DNA of 64,000 nucleotides from Thermoanaerobaculia bacterium (GTDB taxonomy: Bacteria > Acidobacteriota > Thermoanaerobaculia > Gp7-AA8), in assembly GCA_036380735.1 (NCBI GenBank), contig DASVEE010000025.1:3041-67040 (forward strand), read 5' to 3'. The first letter of the stretch is position 1. Each line of letters starts with the position of its first letter. A program made the position numbers and the translations under genes. Under the pieces are notes generated by a model that worked only from the letters and a program-made list of their open reading frames with translations, was not told the origin of the DNA and made no database searches. Positions 54,470-63,612 of this stretch are shown here, one piece after another.

Positions 54470-57400
54470 ATGTCTGTTGTGCGTGGTCGTGTGCTCGTGG
54501 CGCCTTCTGGCAGAGGCATCGCGAACCTGATCGTCGAGGCTTTCGACGTGGAAACGAAAGACCCGTCCGTGCCGAGGCGGCGGCTGGGATCGGGCGAGAC
54601 GAACGAGAAGGGCGAGTTCCGCATCGACTACACCGTCGATGCTGCAGACACGTCGGGTGTCGGTCTGATGATCGCGGTCTCGCCGCCCGAACGTCCGGAC
54701 CGGACCACCGTGCCGCTGTATATGTCGCGTGAGGTTCGCCAGCGCGCGGCGGCGGTGGAGGTCTTCCTCATTACGCTCACCGAGGGCGATCTCGAAAAAG
54801 GAGGCGGCGTGCCCGTCGTGCCGCCGCCGGGAGATCCGGAGCCGGCGTCGATGGCGGCCGCGCGTCTGCTGGCCGATTCGCGTCGCAGCCTGGACCTGGC
54901 GCGCGCCCGCACGGACGCGGAGCGGATGAAAGTCGATGAGGCGCGTGCGGTGACGGCCGCGTTCCGCGGGGAGTTCGCGCCCGCGCTGCAGCGCAGTCTG
55001 AGCAGCGTCAGCGAGGAACAGGCGCGCGCGGATACGTTCGTCGTCCCCGGAGCATCCGTCGCGGCGGTCTCTCGCGGCGCGATGACGAACGATCTCTTCA
55101 ATGTCATCAACAATCCGCAAAGACGCGCGCCGATGAAGGCGCGCATCGCGCTGACCGGCCAGCAGCTCACGGACCTCCGCGCGCGGCTGGGAGCAGGCAA
55201 TACGATCTCCGCGCACGCTCTGCATGAAGTCCTGGGAGGCCCTCCGCCTTCATCGCAGTCGAGCTATCTGCGCGAGGATCCGCTGGCGATCGTCTGCCGC
55301 GAGATCACCACGGACGAGCGCACCGCTGCCGCGGCTCTCGACGTGCCGCTTCCGGCCTCGACGCCTCCACCGGCGCCGCCGGATGGTGACGTCCCCGGCA
55401 CTGGCGTCGACGTGCTGGAAGCGGGTGACGTGAAGCGTTACCTGGCGCGGCTGGTGGACACGATGACGTCGCCCGAGGAGGGCGTGCTCGCGGGGCTGGA
55501 GCCACGCGCCACGCGCGGCATCGTCGACGCGCAGGTGCAGGGTCTCGCCTTCCAGCCCAGTCCTGCCGACACGACGGCGTACTACGACTTCCACAATCTT
55601 CAGGTCGCATTCCGGCACGTCTGGCAGGAGGCGGTGGATGAAGGCGTGCTCACTCTGGCCGAGGCAGCGTACGACGAGATCGTGATGGGCGGCGGCCGGC
55701 CGGCTCCGCAACCGGGCACGCCTCCGCTGCAGTCGCTGGTCAGCGAGGCGCAAGCCGTCAAGCGCGCGCGCGCCGGCACGCAGAGCGTCGGCTCCGCGCT
55801 GCGCAGCGGGTTGCTGCCGGGCTTCATCGACAATCTGCTCCATCCCGACAAGGTTCTCGACCCGCCGGCGGCGGAGGCTCTGCCGTCCCTCGTGAACGAG
55901 CTCACGCAACGTTTGCAGGAGCCGTACGCCTTCACCACCTTTGCCGCCAATCGCCAGGAGCGGAGCGTGAACTTCGGCATTCGCGTCACCTACCAGCAGG
56001 AGTGGAAGCCGCTGGAGTACCAGGCCGGCCGTCTGGCCAAGACCATCACGCTCGCTCCGAAGGAAGTGCGCAAGTACAGCAAGACGGTGAAGCGCCATCG
56101 CAAGCGCGCGGAGAAAGAGGTCGAGAAGCACGTCAGCATCCGCAAGGACGAGTTGAGCCAGACCTCGCGCGTGGAGCAGGAGATCATCCGCAAGGCCACC
56201 GCCAAGACGCATTTCGAGATCGGCTCCGAGACGTCGTCCGGCAACCCGGAGCTCACGCCGACGTCGACGGTGAAGACGTCGTTCGAGCGCGAGGTCGGCC
56301 AGGTCTCGGACAACGTCAAGAAGTCCTTCAACGAATCGGTGCGGAAAGCGGTGCAGGAGCTCACGAACGAGCTCACCGTGGAGATCAACCGCGAAGAGAC
56401 GGAGGATGTCGAAGAGACCGAGTCGGGTGAGATCGCCAATCCGAACGACGAACTGGCGGTGACGTTCCTCTTTTACGAGCTGCAGCGCCGCTACCGCATC
56501 GCCGAGCGCATTCATCGCATCATGCCGGTCGTGCTGGTGGCGCAGGAGATGCCCAAGCCGCACGAGATCAACGAGGCCTGGCTGATCAGTCACGACTGGA
56601 TCCTGCGCCGTGTGCTGCTCGACGATTCGTTCGCGCCGGCGTTGAGCTACCTCTCCAGCCAGGTGGTCGGAGACCAGGTCGCGCTGTCGGAGATGAAGAC
56701 CAATATCTCCCAGCAACGCGCGGCCATTCAGGAGCTGAAGCAGCAGTTGAAGGTCGTTCGGCAGCGTGCATCCACGTACCGCAATCTGCTCGAGCGATCG
56801 CTGCTGCACGCCGCCGAGAAGAGCAAAGACAGCGACGATGGTTGGTTCAGCGGCATCCCGATCGTCGGCGGCGCCGTCGAGCTGGTCGAAGACGCCATCG
56901 ACGCCGTCGGCGATTTCATCAACCCCGACATGCCCGAGGTCGGCCCCAGCCGGCAGGACACGCTCAAGGAAACGATCGAGCGGACCATCGATGAGGAGCG
57001 CGATCTGCTGATGCGTCTCGAGCGCGAGGTCACCGCGCTGAACGCGCTGACCGAGGCCTACGCGAAGCTCCTGGCCGAGAACTACAACCAGCGCACCCAG
57101 ATCCTGCGCCTGCGCACCCACGTGAAGCAGAACATCCTCTATTACATGCAGGCGATCTGGAATCACGAGCCTCCCGACCAGCGCTATCTGCGCCTGCATG
57201 AGACGCCGGTGCCGGTGTTCGTGGGCGACCAGACCTATCGCTTCGCCAGCGTCGACCCGGTGCCGGGCTCGATGAGCAATCCGCCGCATCGCAAGCTGGG
57301 CGTGGACACGCTCGATCCGACACAGGTTTTCGAGGCCGAGGTCTTCTGCAACCTCTCCACGCACGAGACGCGACCGCTCTCACGCGTCGCCGATCTCGAC

Positions 57401-57916
57401 AACCTCCTCGGCTATTTCGGCAACTACATGATCTTCGGCCTGAAGGAATCGAACGCGTTGACGGACTTCATGATGGAGCCGTACCTGCTGCGCGGCTTCG
57501 ACGAGCTGGTCGATCCCGACGACCTCGGCAACTGGAGTCTCGACGAGTTCGTCGACTACGTCGTTTGTCTCCGCGAGCGCATGACCGCCGAACAGTTCGA
57601 GCTCGTCAAGCCCGAGCTGCGCGCGCAGTACGAGCGTCTGATTACCGCTCCGCATCGAAACGGGGACGTGATCACCATTCCCACCGGCTCGCTGTTCATC
57701 GAGGCGCTGCCGGCCACGTCGTCGCTCATCGAGAAGTTCAAGGCCATCCACCGCGCGGTGGACGTGAAGAAGGCCCAGGCCGAGGCGCGCCACGCGGAGA
57801 TCCGGAACCTCTGGATGGTCGACCGGCTGCTGCACGACGAGCGCGAGGATCCCGACATCGACAAGAAGATCATCATCGAAGGCGCCGTCGGACCGGTCCT
57901 CCCGGTGGACGAGTAG
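54470..57916 (+). CDS. large uncharacterised protein (1148 aa; N-terminal CarboxypepD_reg/transthyretin-like fold, central Lys/Glu-rich coiled-coil region)
   Basis: GGGAGG SD 7 nt before ATG; no signal peptide or TM; N-terminus MSVVRGRVLVAPSGRGIANLIVEAFDVETKDP...GEFRIDY; central KEVRKYSKTVKRHRKRAEKEVEKH... charged block; no Walker motifs; clean protein-like composition over 3.4 kb while the opposite strand gives only an Arg-rich ORF. Confidence 0.75.
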   Translation: MSVVRGRVLVAPSGRGIANLIVEAFDVETKDPSVPRRRLGSGETNEKGEFRIDYTVDAADTSGVGLMIAVSPPERPDRTTVPLYMSREVRQRAAAVEVFLITLTEGDLEKGGGVPVVPPPGDPEPASMAAARLLADSRRSLDLARARTDAERMKVDEARAVTAAFRGEFAPALQRSLSSVSEEQARADTFVVPGASVAAVSRGAMTNDLFNVINNPQRRAPMKARIALTGQQLTDLRARLGAGNTISAHALHEVLGGPPPSSQSSYLREDPLAIVCREITTDERTAAAALDVPLPASTPPPAPPDGDVPGTGVDVLEAGDVKRYLARLVDTMTSPEEGVLAGLEPRATRGIVDAQVQGLAFQPSPADTTAYYDFHNLQVAFRHVWQEAVDEGVLTLAEAAYDEIVMGGGRPAPQPGTPPLQSLVSEAQAVKRARAGTQSVGSALRSGLLPGFIDNLLHPDKVLDPPAAEALPSLVNELTQRLQEPYAFTTFAANRQERSVNFGIRVTYQQEWKPLEYQAGRLAKTITLAPKEVRKYSKTVKRHRKRAEKEVEKHVSIRKDELSQTSRVEQEIIRKATAKTHFEIGSETSSGNPELTPTSTVKTSFEREVGQVSDNVKKSFNESVRKAVQELTNELTVEINREETEDVEETESGEIANPNDELAVTFLFYELQRRYRIAERIHRIMPVVLVAQEMPKPHEINEAWLISHDWILRRVLLDDSFAPALSYLSSQVVGDQVALSEMKTNISQQRAAIQELKQQLKVVRQRASTYRNLLERSLLHAAEKSKDSDDGWFSGIPIVGGAVELVEDAIDAVGDFINPDMPEVGPSRQDTLKETIERTIDEERDLLMRLEREVTALNALTEAYAKLLAENYNQRTQILRLRTHVKQNILYYMQAIWNHEPPDQRYLRLHETPVPVFVGDQTYRFASVDPVPGSMSNPPHRKLGVDTLDPTQVFEAEVFCNLSTHETRPLSRVADLDNLLGYFGNYMIFGLKESNALTDFMMEPYLLRGFDELVDPDDLGNWSLDEFVDYVVCLRERMTAEQFELVKPELRAQYERLITAPHRNGDVITIPTGSLFIEALPATSSLIEKFKAIHRAVDVKKAQAEARHAEIRNLWMVDRLLHDEREDPDIDKKIIIEGAVGPVLPVDE

Positions 57917-57920
57917 GGAA

Positions 57921-59727
57921 GATGGGCGACGGAATCACCGACGTCGAGCGCGGAGTGTCTGTCGCGCCGAAAGGGCTCGCCAGCGGTGAGGCGTGGCTGG
58001 CCATGGTCGAGCGCATGATGCAAATCGTCACAGGCGGGCAGCGCTGGGACTACTCCGTGCGTCACGACGTGGAGAAGGATATCGAGGAGTCGAGACGCAC
58101 CGGGATCACGCCCAGGCAGATGTTGGAAGGCCGCCGCCAGTTCTCTACCGATACGGAACGTCTCTACTATCTCCGCTTCCTGCTCGAATACGAGATCGAA
58201 GGAGGCGGGTGGATTCAACTCGGGATCTACTACCGCGGACCCAAGGACCCGGCCCGAATCGCCGCGGCCATGGCCGACTACGAGATCAAGCGCCTCCAGT
58301 CGGTGGCCGAGCAGGCGGTGCCGGTGCCGCCTCCTCTGCAGCGACAGCGAAGCGTGCGCGGCCTCGACACCGATTGGGAGCGAGGTGCGGCGCAGCGGGA
58401 ACGAGAAGAATATGAAGCGTTTCTGATCGAGGTGGCCCGCCAGGAAAGTGCGGACGAAGCACGTTCACGAGATCTTCAAGCGCGGTACGGTGGCAGGACG
58501 GGCACGAAGAGCATGCTCGATTACTACGTCGGCGACCCGGTCGTGTATGCCGCCGACCGAGCGATCAAGGCGGTCCCCGGAATGGTCAGCCTGGCGTTGG
58601 ATTTCGTTCCCGTCGTCGGTCAGTTGAAAGCCGCCCTGGAAGCGATCAGCGGCCGCGACCTGATCACCGGCCGGCATCTCGCCGACTGGGAGCGCGGCCT
58701 CAATATCCTTCTCTCGGTTCTGCCGTCGGCGAAAGCGGCGTTCCGCGGAGGCAAAGCGGGGCTCGCGGCGCTGGCCAAAGCGACGGCGCAGAGTGGCAAA
58801 CCGGCCGCCGAGGTCTATCGCGCCGCGAAGGGCGCGAGCCGGCTCACCGACGCGGAGGTGAAGGCGGCGAAGGTCCTTCGCAACGGCAAGCCCGTCAACG
58901 CGGCCGCATTCGACAAGGTCGCTGGCAGCATCGACGAGATGATGGGGACGCCGAAGGTCGGCCGCACCGAGATGTACCGCGTCGCGGCCGGCGAGATCCA
59001 CGATGGGCGCATGGTCACCAGCTCCATCGCCAGCTCACCGGTGAGCGTGCCGCCGAAGCCCGTCGGCCGCCCGGTGACGCCGACGCGAACGACGCCCCGC
59101 GTCGCCACGACGCTGGCGAACGCCGGTGTCCTCCCCGAGGCCATCGCGGCGCTGAACCGGGCCGGCGTGGCGGTGAACAAGGTATCCAGATTCCTGACCA
59201 CGCCGCGGGTGAGGGACTTCGTCAACACCTTCCATCAGAGTCCCGGCTTTCATCTGATCGTCGAGGATCTCGCCAAGGGCGCCACGAAGAAGAAAGGCGC
59301 GCTGTTCATCATCGACTTCGTCAATGACGCGAAGAACAAGATCGATCCGAAGCTGGCCATGTTCGAGATGGACGTGGGAATTACCAAGAGCCCGCTGCGG
59401 GACCGTTCCGCGCGGGTGACCGATCTCGTGGTGACCCAGGGGGGGCGCGCGTTGAACTACGAGTTCAAGGCGTACTCGATGGCCTCACTCAACAAAGCGC
59501 TCGCCGACCCGCAGAAGATCCTCCAACTGGTCAAGGACGTCGCCATCCACGGGCGCCGGAACATCAAGTGGGTGTTCGATTCCGCGGAGATCTCGGAGTC
59601 GTACCTCCACAAGAAGTTCACCGCCATCATCAATGCCGATCCGTTTCTCAAGAGCCGGTTCAGCGGCAAGGCGGACGAACTGGAAGCCATGCTGGACGAA
59701 CTGCTGATTCTTTACCCGAAGAAATAG
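57921..59727 (+). CDS. uncharacterised protein (602 aa) with pre-toxin-TG-like segment and candidate PD-(D/E)xK-like C-terminal domain
   Basis: ATG 5 nt after upstream stop (GGAAG SD); segment PGMVSLALDFVPVVGQLKAALEAISGRDLITGRHLADWERGLNIL resembles the pre-toxin TG module of polymorphic toxins; C-terminal FHLIVEDL ... VTDLVVTQGGRALNYEFKAY fits E ... D ... E-x-K spacing; no signal peptide. The listed ORF extends upstream into the previous gene. Confidence 0.7.
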
Positions 59728-59744
59728 TCTTCAGCCTCGTAGCG

Positions 59745-59788
59745 GTACGAACGGGACGATTCGCCTCGTCCCATTCGTCCCATCATCC
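59745..59788. repeat. short ATAGGAC-family-derived hairpin / bidirectional terminator
   Basis: GTACGAACGGGACGATTCG-CCTC-GTCCCATTCGTCCCATCATCC between convergent stops (59727 and 59792). Confidence 0.5.
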
Positions 59789-59791
59789 GCT

Positions 59792-62700
59792 TCACCGCCC
59801 CGCCGCCCTCCGCCGCCCGCCCGATTCGTCGATGGCCACCGCCGGCGCCAGGGTCCATTCGTACGAATTACCGGAGGCATCTTCGAAGCGCACCGTCAGG
59901 TCGATTGCCGCCGCTGTTGATTGGGACGCCGCCATCAGGTCCGCGCGGAACGTGGAGCCCAGCCCCGGGTGCCCGAGGGCGGCTTGCTCCGCGGCGGTGT
60001 TGGCGATCTCGGTGGCGATGTGCGTGGTGCGCAGTGGGAGCCACGCGGACGTGCCGTGGGGGCGCCACTGCACCGTGAGTGATTCCGTGCGGACCGGCGC
60101 GAACGTCAGCTCCTGCCGGTCTCCAGAGGGGATGAGATCCATGGCGGAGAACTGCAGCGTGCCGCCCTGGCCGCGGACGAGAGACGTGCGGTTGCGGCCG
60201 CCCGCGTCGAGCAGCTGGAACGTCGTCAGGAGCGGCGGCGCGACGTCCTCCAGCGTCGTATCGAAGCGCGCGTGCAGCAGCGCGCTGCCCGCGATGCCGC
60301 GCAGCGTGAACGGCTTCGTCACCTCGTAGTCGTAGCGTCCTGGCGGTACGTCAATGTTGCGCCAATCCGCGGCGCGCGGTGCGTCCACGACGGTGCCCGT
60401 GCTGTCGCGGAGGACGGCCCGCGAGCCGGTCATTTCGCCGAGACGATCCTCGCCGAGCGCACCGCGGTACTCCGGACGCATGACCAGCAGCCACAAGGCT
60501 CGCGTGACGATCGGCTGCACGTACCAGAGCCCCTCGCCGAAGACGAGCGTCTCGTTCTCCCTGGCCACATACGTCGCCGGCGTGGCGGTCTTGTAAGCCC
60601 AAGGCATGATGCCGGCCTCCGTCCTGCGGAGGCGCGGAGACTCGAGCAGCACCCACGGACGGACGGCCGCCGAACCTTTGATCTGCGCCTTGCCGGTGGC
60701 ACTCATCGCCGGATGACGGCTCGCGGTCAGATACAGCGTTCCTTCCCATTCGGAACCCGTCACGGCCTCCGCGAGTCCCCACGACGAAGCCGACGATTCG
60801 CGTGTGCCGTGCCACAGCCAGCCCGTGAGGATGACGGCCGTCGGTTGCACCGCGCCCTCCGGCACCTTCATCCGGATCGGCGTCCGCGACCAGTCGCTTT
60901 TCTCGATCGTGAGTTTCTGCGATGCGGCGAGTCCCGTGAGCGGCGCGTATTGCCCGCCGTACGCGCGCTTGCGATCGAGCTCGTCGTTGCACTGCTCGAA
61001 CGTCAGCAATGTGAAGCGATCGGAGATCGCGGATCCGAGGAATTTGCCTCCGGTCGCGGACACGATGGTGACGCCGTTCACGGTCTGCGAGGGGCCGATC
61101 AGCGCGAGGTACTGCTGGCAACGCCGCCCTTCCCGGATGTCGGCGCCCTTCTCATCCTCGGCGCTCAGCTCGAGCTCGTGCACCGCGGAGGCGCGGCGTA
61201 CCGGGATGGTCGTCGAGCCCTGGACGACCTGCTGTTCGACGACGATCACCGGCTGCTCGCCCGCCATGCCGGGCAGCGGAAACAGCTGCACGTCATACGT
61301 GCCGTGCGGCAGCAGCACCGAGCTGCGTCCTCGCGATTCCGTCGGGACGTGTCCCACGGTCGTGGTGCCGATCCCGAAGAGCAGCGCCTCGTACATCTCC
61401 GGACCGTCGTAGTCGATCGTGACCGCGGCGCCCTTGACGAACGCCCACGGCACGCGCAACGGCACCGCGCCGCCGGCGATCTCGATCGCACCGGAGTAGG
61501 AGAGCGAGTCGCTCTCCGGCACCGGTACGGCGGCGCTATCGACGTCGACGGTGAGGTGGACGTCGCGCGACGCTCCTGGCTCCAGCACCACCGTAGTGAC
61601 ATCGAGCGTGACGCCGATGCCCGCGTGCGGCGACTCCGCGGTGAGCGTGAGCGTCCGCGCCACCGTCCCGTGGTTCACCAGCGTCACCGTGCTTCGCGAC
61701 AGCCAGTGCGCCTCGGCGCTGCTCGCGCCGCCGAGACTGAGCACGCTCTGCTGCACGATCACATCCGCCGTCGCGGCGCGCAGCGCATCGACGCGACCGG
61801 CTCCTTCAGCCATCGCGTTTTTGGTGAGACCGACCGCCGTGCCGACGATCGCGGCCTTGATGTGCGCGGCGGGCCAGTCAGGGTGGATCGCGCGCAGGAG
61901 CGCCGCGATCCCGCTCACGTGAGGCGTGGCCATCGACGTGCCGCTCATCGGCTCCGTGCCGCCGCCGATCGAGGCGGACATGATGTTCTCACCCGGGGCG
62001 ACGACTTCCGGCTTGATCTCCAGCGACTGCACGATCGGCCCTTTCGACGTGAAGGACGCCAGCTGATCGTCGATGGACGAAGCGCCGACCGTGATCGCCG
62101 ACGGCGCGTTACCCGGCGATCCGATCCGCTGATAGCCGCCGTCGTTGCCGGCGGCGATGCAGAAGATCACGCCGGCCGCGCTCGCGCGCTCGACGGCCTG
62201 CGTCAACGGCGAGTCGGGATCTCCCGGTGCGCCGAGGCTCATGTTCGCCACGTGGACGTGATCGGCGGGGTTGCCGTCCTGGTTCGGATCGGCGGCACGC
62301 TCGACGCCGGCGACGATCGTCGACTCGCGACCGTGGCCCTCTTCGTCCAGCACCTTGTACGCGAGGAACGTGACTTCTGGCGCCACACCCGTGATGCCGC
62401 CGCCGTTGCCGCCGACGATCGCGGCGACGTGCGTGCCGTGGCCGTCGTCGTCCATCGGATCGGCGTCTTTGTTGATGAAGTCATAACCGCCGGCGACGCG
62501 CTGCCCCGGCCCGAATGCGCCGCCGAGCGCCGGGTGGCGGTAGTCGACGCCGGTGTCGAGGATCGCCACGACGATGTTCCTGCCGCGCGTCCCGAGCTGC
62601 GACCAGACCTCCGGCGCGCGAATCTTCGGCACGCTCCGCTCGAGCGACGCGCGCAGCGTGCGGTCGGGATGCACGGCGCGGACGTAGTCGAGCTGCGCGA

Positions 62701-63109
62701 TGCGCTCGATCGCGTCCGCCGAGACGGTGAGCGCCGCACCGGAGTAGACGCGCGAGAAGCGCTGCGTGATGCGTCCCTCCGTCGTTGCTGCCTGCGTGCT
62801 CACGCCCGGACGCCGCGCGAGCTCACGCTCGATGTTCGTGAGGTCGCGCTCGAACGTGGCGAAACGATCGGCGAACGCGCGCTGCGCTTCGCGCTTCGCG
62901 GACGCGCTGCCGTTCGCCGCGCGCTCGAAGAGCGGCGTGTCCCGAAACTGCACGATCACCGGCACGCGCCCGTTCTTCGGAACCGATATGGCCGAGGTGA
63001 TCGTCTGCCCATCGTCCCTGTGCACCTGCACGAGGGGAGTGCTGCCTCCCGCGATGGCAACCGTAGCGACGAGGCAGAGAAGAAAAGCCGTGGAGATCCA
63101 CCGATTCAT
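59792..63109 (-). CDS. secreted subtilisin-like (S8) serine peptidase with I9 propeptide and long C-terminal extension
   Basis: Signal peptide MNRWISTAFLLCLVATVAIAGG (alternative TTG start at 63148); catalytic D (VAILDTGVD), H (HGTHVAAIVGG), S (GTSMATPHVSG); about 650 aa beta-rich C-terminal region. Confidence 0.85.
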   Translation of the reverse strand: MNRWISTAFLLCLVATVAIAGGSTPLVQVHRDDGQTITSAISVPKNGRVPVIVQFRDTPLFERAANGSASAKREAQRAFADRFATFERDLTNIERELARRPGVSTQAATTEGRITQRFSRVYSGAALTVSADAIERIAQLDYVRAVHPDRTLRASLERSVPKIRAPEVWSQLGTRGRNIVVAILDTGVDYRHPALGGAFGPGQRVAGGYDFINKDADPMDDDGHGTHVAAIVGGNGGGITGVAPEVTFLAYKVLDEEGHGRESTIVAGVERAADPNQDGNPADHVHVANMSLGAPGDPDSPLTQAVERASAAGVIFCIAAGNDGGYQRIGSPGNAPSAITVGASSIDDQLASFTSKGPIVQSLEIKPEVVAPGENIMSASIGGGTEPMSGTSMATPHVSGIAALLRAIHPDWPAAHIKAAIVGTAVGLTKNAMAEGAGRVDALRAATADVIVQQSVLSLGGASSAEAHWLSRSTVTLVNHGTVARTLTLTAESPHAGIGVTLDVTTVVLEPGASRDVHLTVDVDSAAVPVPESDSLSYSGAIEIAGGAVPLRVPWAFVKGAAVTIDYDGPEMYEALLFGIGTTTVGHVPTESRGRSSVLLPHGTYDVQLFPLPGMAGEQPVIVVEQQVVQGSTTIPVRRASAVHELELSAEDEKGADIREGRRCQQYLALIGPSQTVNGVTIVSATGGKFLGSAISDRFTLLTFEQCNDELDRKRAYGGQYAPLTGLAASQKLTIEKSDWSRTPIRMKVPEGAVQPTAVILTGWLWHGTRESSASSWGLAEAVTGSEWEGTLYLTASRHPAMSATGKAQIKGSAAVRPWVLLESPRLRRTEAGIMPWAYKTATPATYVARENETLVFGEGLWYVQPIVTRALWLLVMRPEYRGALGEDRLGEMTGSRAVLRDSTGTVVDAPRAADWRNIDVPPGRYDYEVTKPFTLRGIAGSALLHARFDTTLEDVAPPLLTTFQLLDAGGRNRTSLVRGQGGTLQFSAMDLIPSGDRQELTFAPVRTESLTVQWRPHGTSAWLPLRTTHIATEIANTAAEQAALGHPGLGSTFRADLMAASQSTAAAIDLTVRFEDASGNSYEWTLAPAVAIDESGGRRRAAGR

Positions 63110-63177
63110 GCGCCGATCGTCCACCTGCACGGCCTGTTGCAAATGCAACCGAACAGGAAACTGCGGCCGGGCAGGGG

Positions 63178-63478
63178 AACGATAGGACGAATGGGACGGA
63201 TAGGACGAATGGGACGAATAGGACCGATGGGCAAACCTGGTGTCATCCCGAAGCCCCCGTATGGGGGCCGGGCGGGGGAGGGGGCTGAGGGATCTGTGTG
63301 GGGGAACGTGACACCACTTCTACGCCGCGATTCCCCCACACAGGTCCCTCACCGCCCTCCGCCGCCCACGCCCCCATACGGGCAGTTCGGGATGACACGC
63401 TTTATGCCTGTTGGACCTACTGTCTTTGTCCCATCCGTCCTATCCGTCCTATAGGTCCTATAGGTCCTATCGTCCCCC
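63178..63478. repeat. complex ATAGGAC-family element with nested internal palindromes
   Basis: Outer arms AACGATAGGACGAATGGGACGGATAGGACGAATGGGACGAATAGGACCGATGGG (63178-63231) and TTTGTCCCATCCGTCCTATCCGTCCTATAGGTCCTATAGGTCCTATCGTCCCCCC (63425-63478); inside, GTCATCCCGAAGCCCCCGTATGGGGGC pairs with GCCCCCATACGGGCAGTTCGGGATGAC, and CTGTGTGGGGG pairs with CCCCCACACAG. Confidence 0.85.
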
Positions 63479-63492
63479 CGTCGCTCTCCGCG

Positions 63493-63612
63493 ATCCGGCT
63501 GATTCGGGATGACACGAAGGGGATTGGACCTACTGTCTTTGTCCCATCCGTCCTATCCGTCCTATAGGTCCTATTCGTCCTATCGTCCCCCGACTCACTC
63601 CCCGCGATCCGG
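63493..63612. repeat. tandem duplicate of the right half of the preceding element
   Basis: TTCGGGATGACACG...GGACCTACTGTCTTTGTCCCATCCGTCCTATCCGTCCTATAGGTCCTAT.CGTCCTATCGTCCCC followed by CGCGATCCGGCT repeats the block at 63383-63500 almost exactly. Confidence 0.8.

Noticed and set aside
54470-57916. Interpretation of the 1148-aa protein as a TonB-dependent receptor (these often start with a CarboxypepD_reg domain in Acidobacteriota)
   Set aside because: No signal peptide, no plug/TonB box, largely helical/charged rather than beta-barrel sequence, and no C-terminal aromatic OMP terminus.
57565-57920. Upstream extension of the 602-aa gene overlapping the end of the 1148-aa gene
   Set aside because: The extension is out-of-frame overlap with the preceding coding region; an ATG with SD sits 5 nt after the upstream stop.
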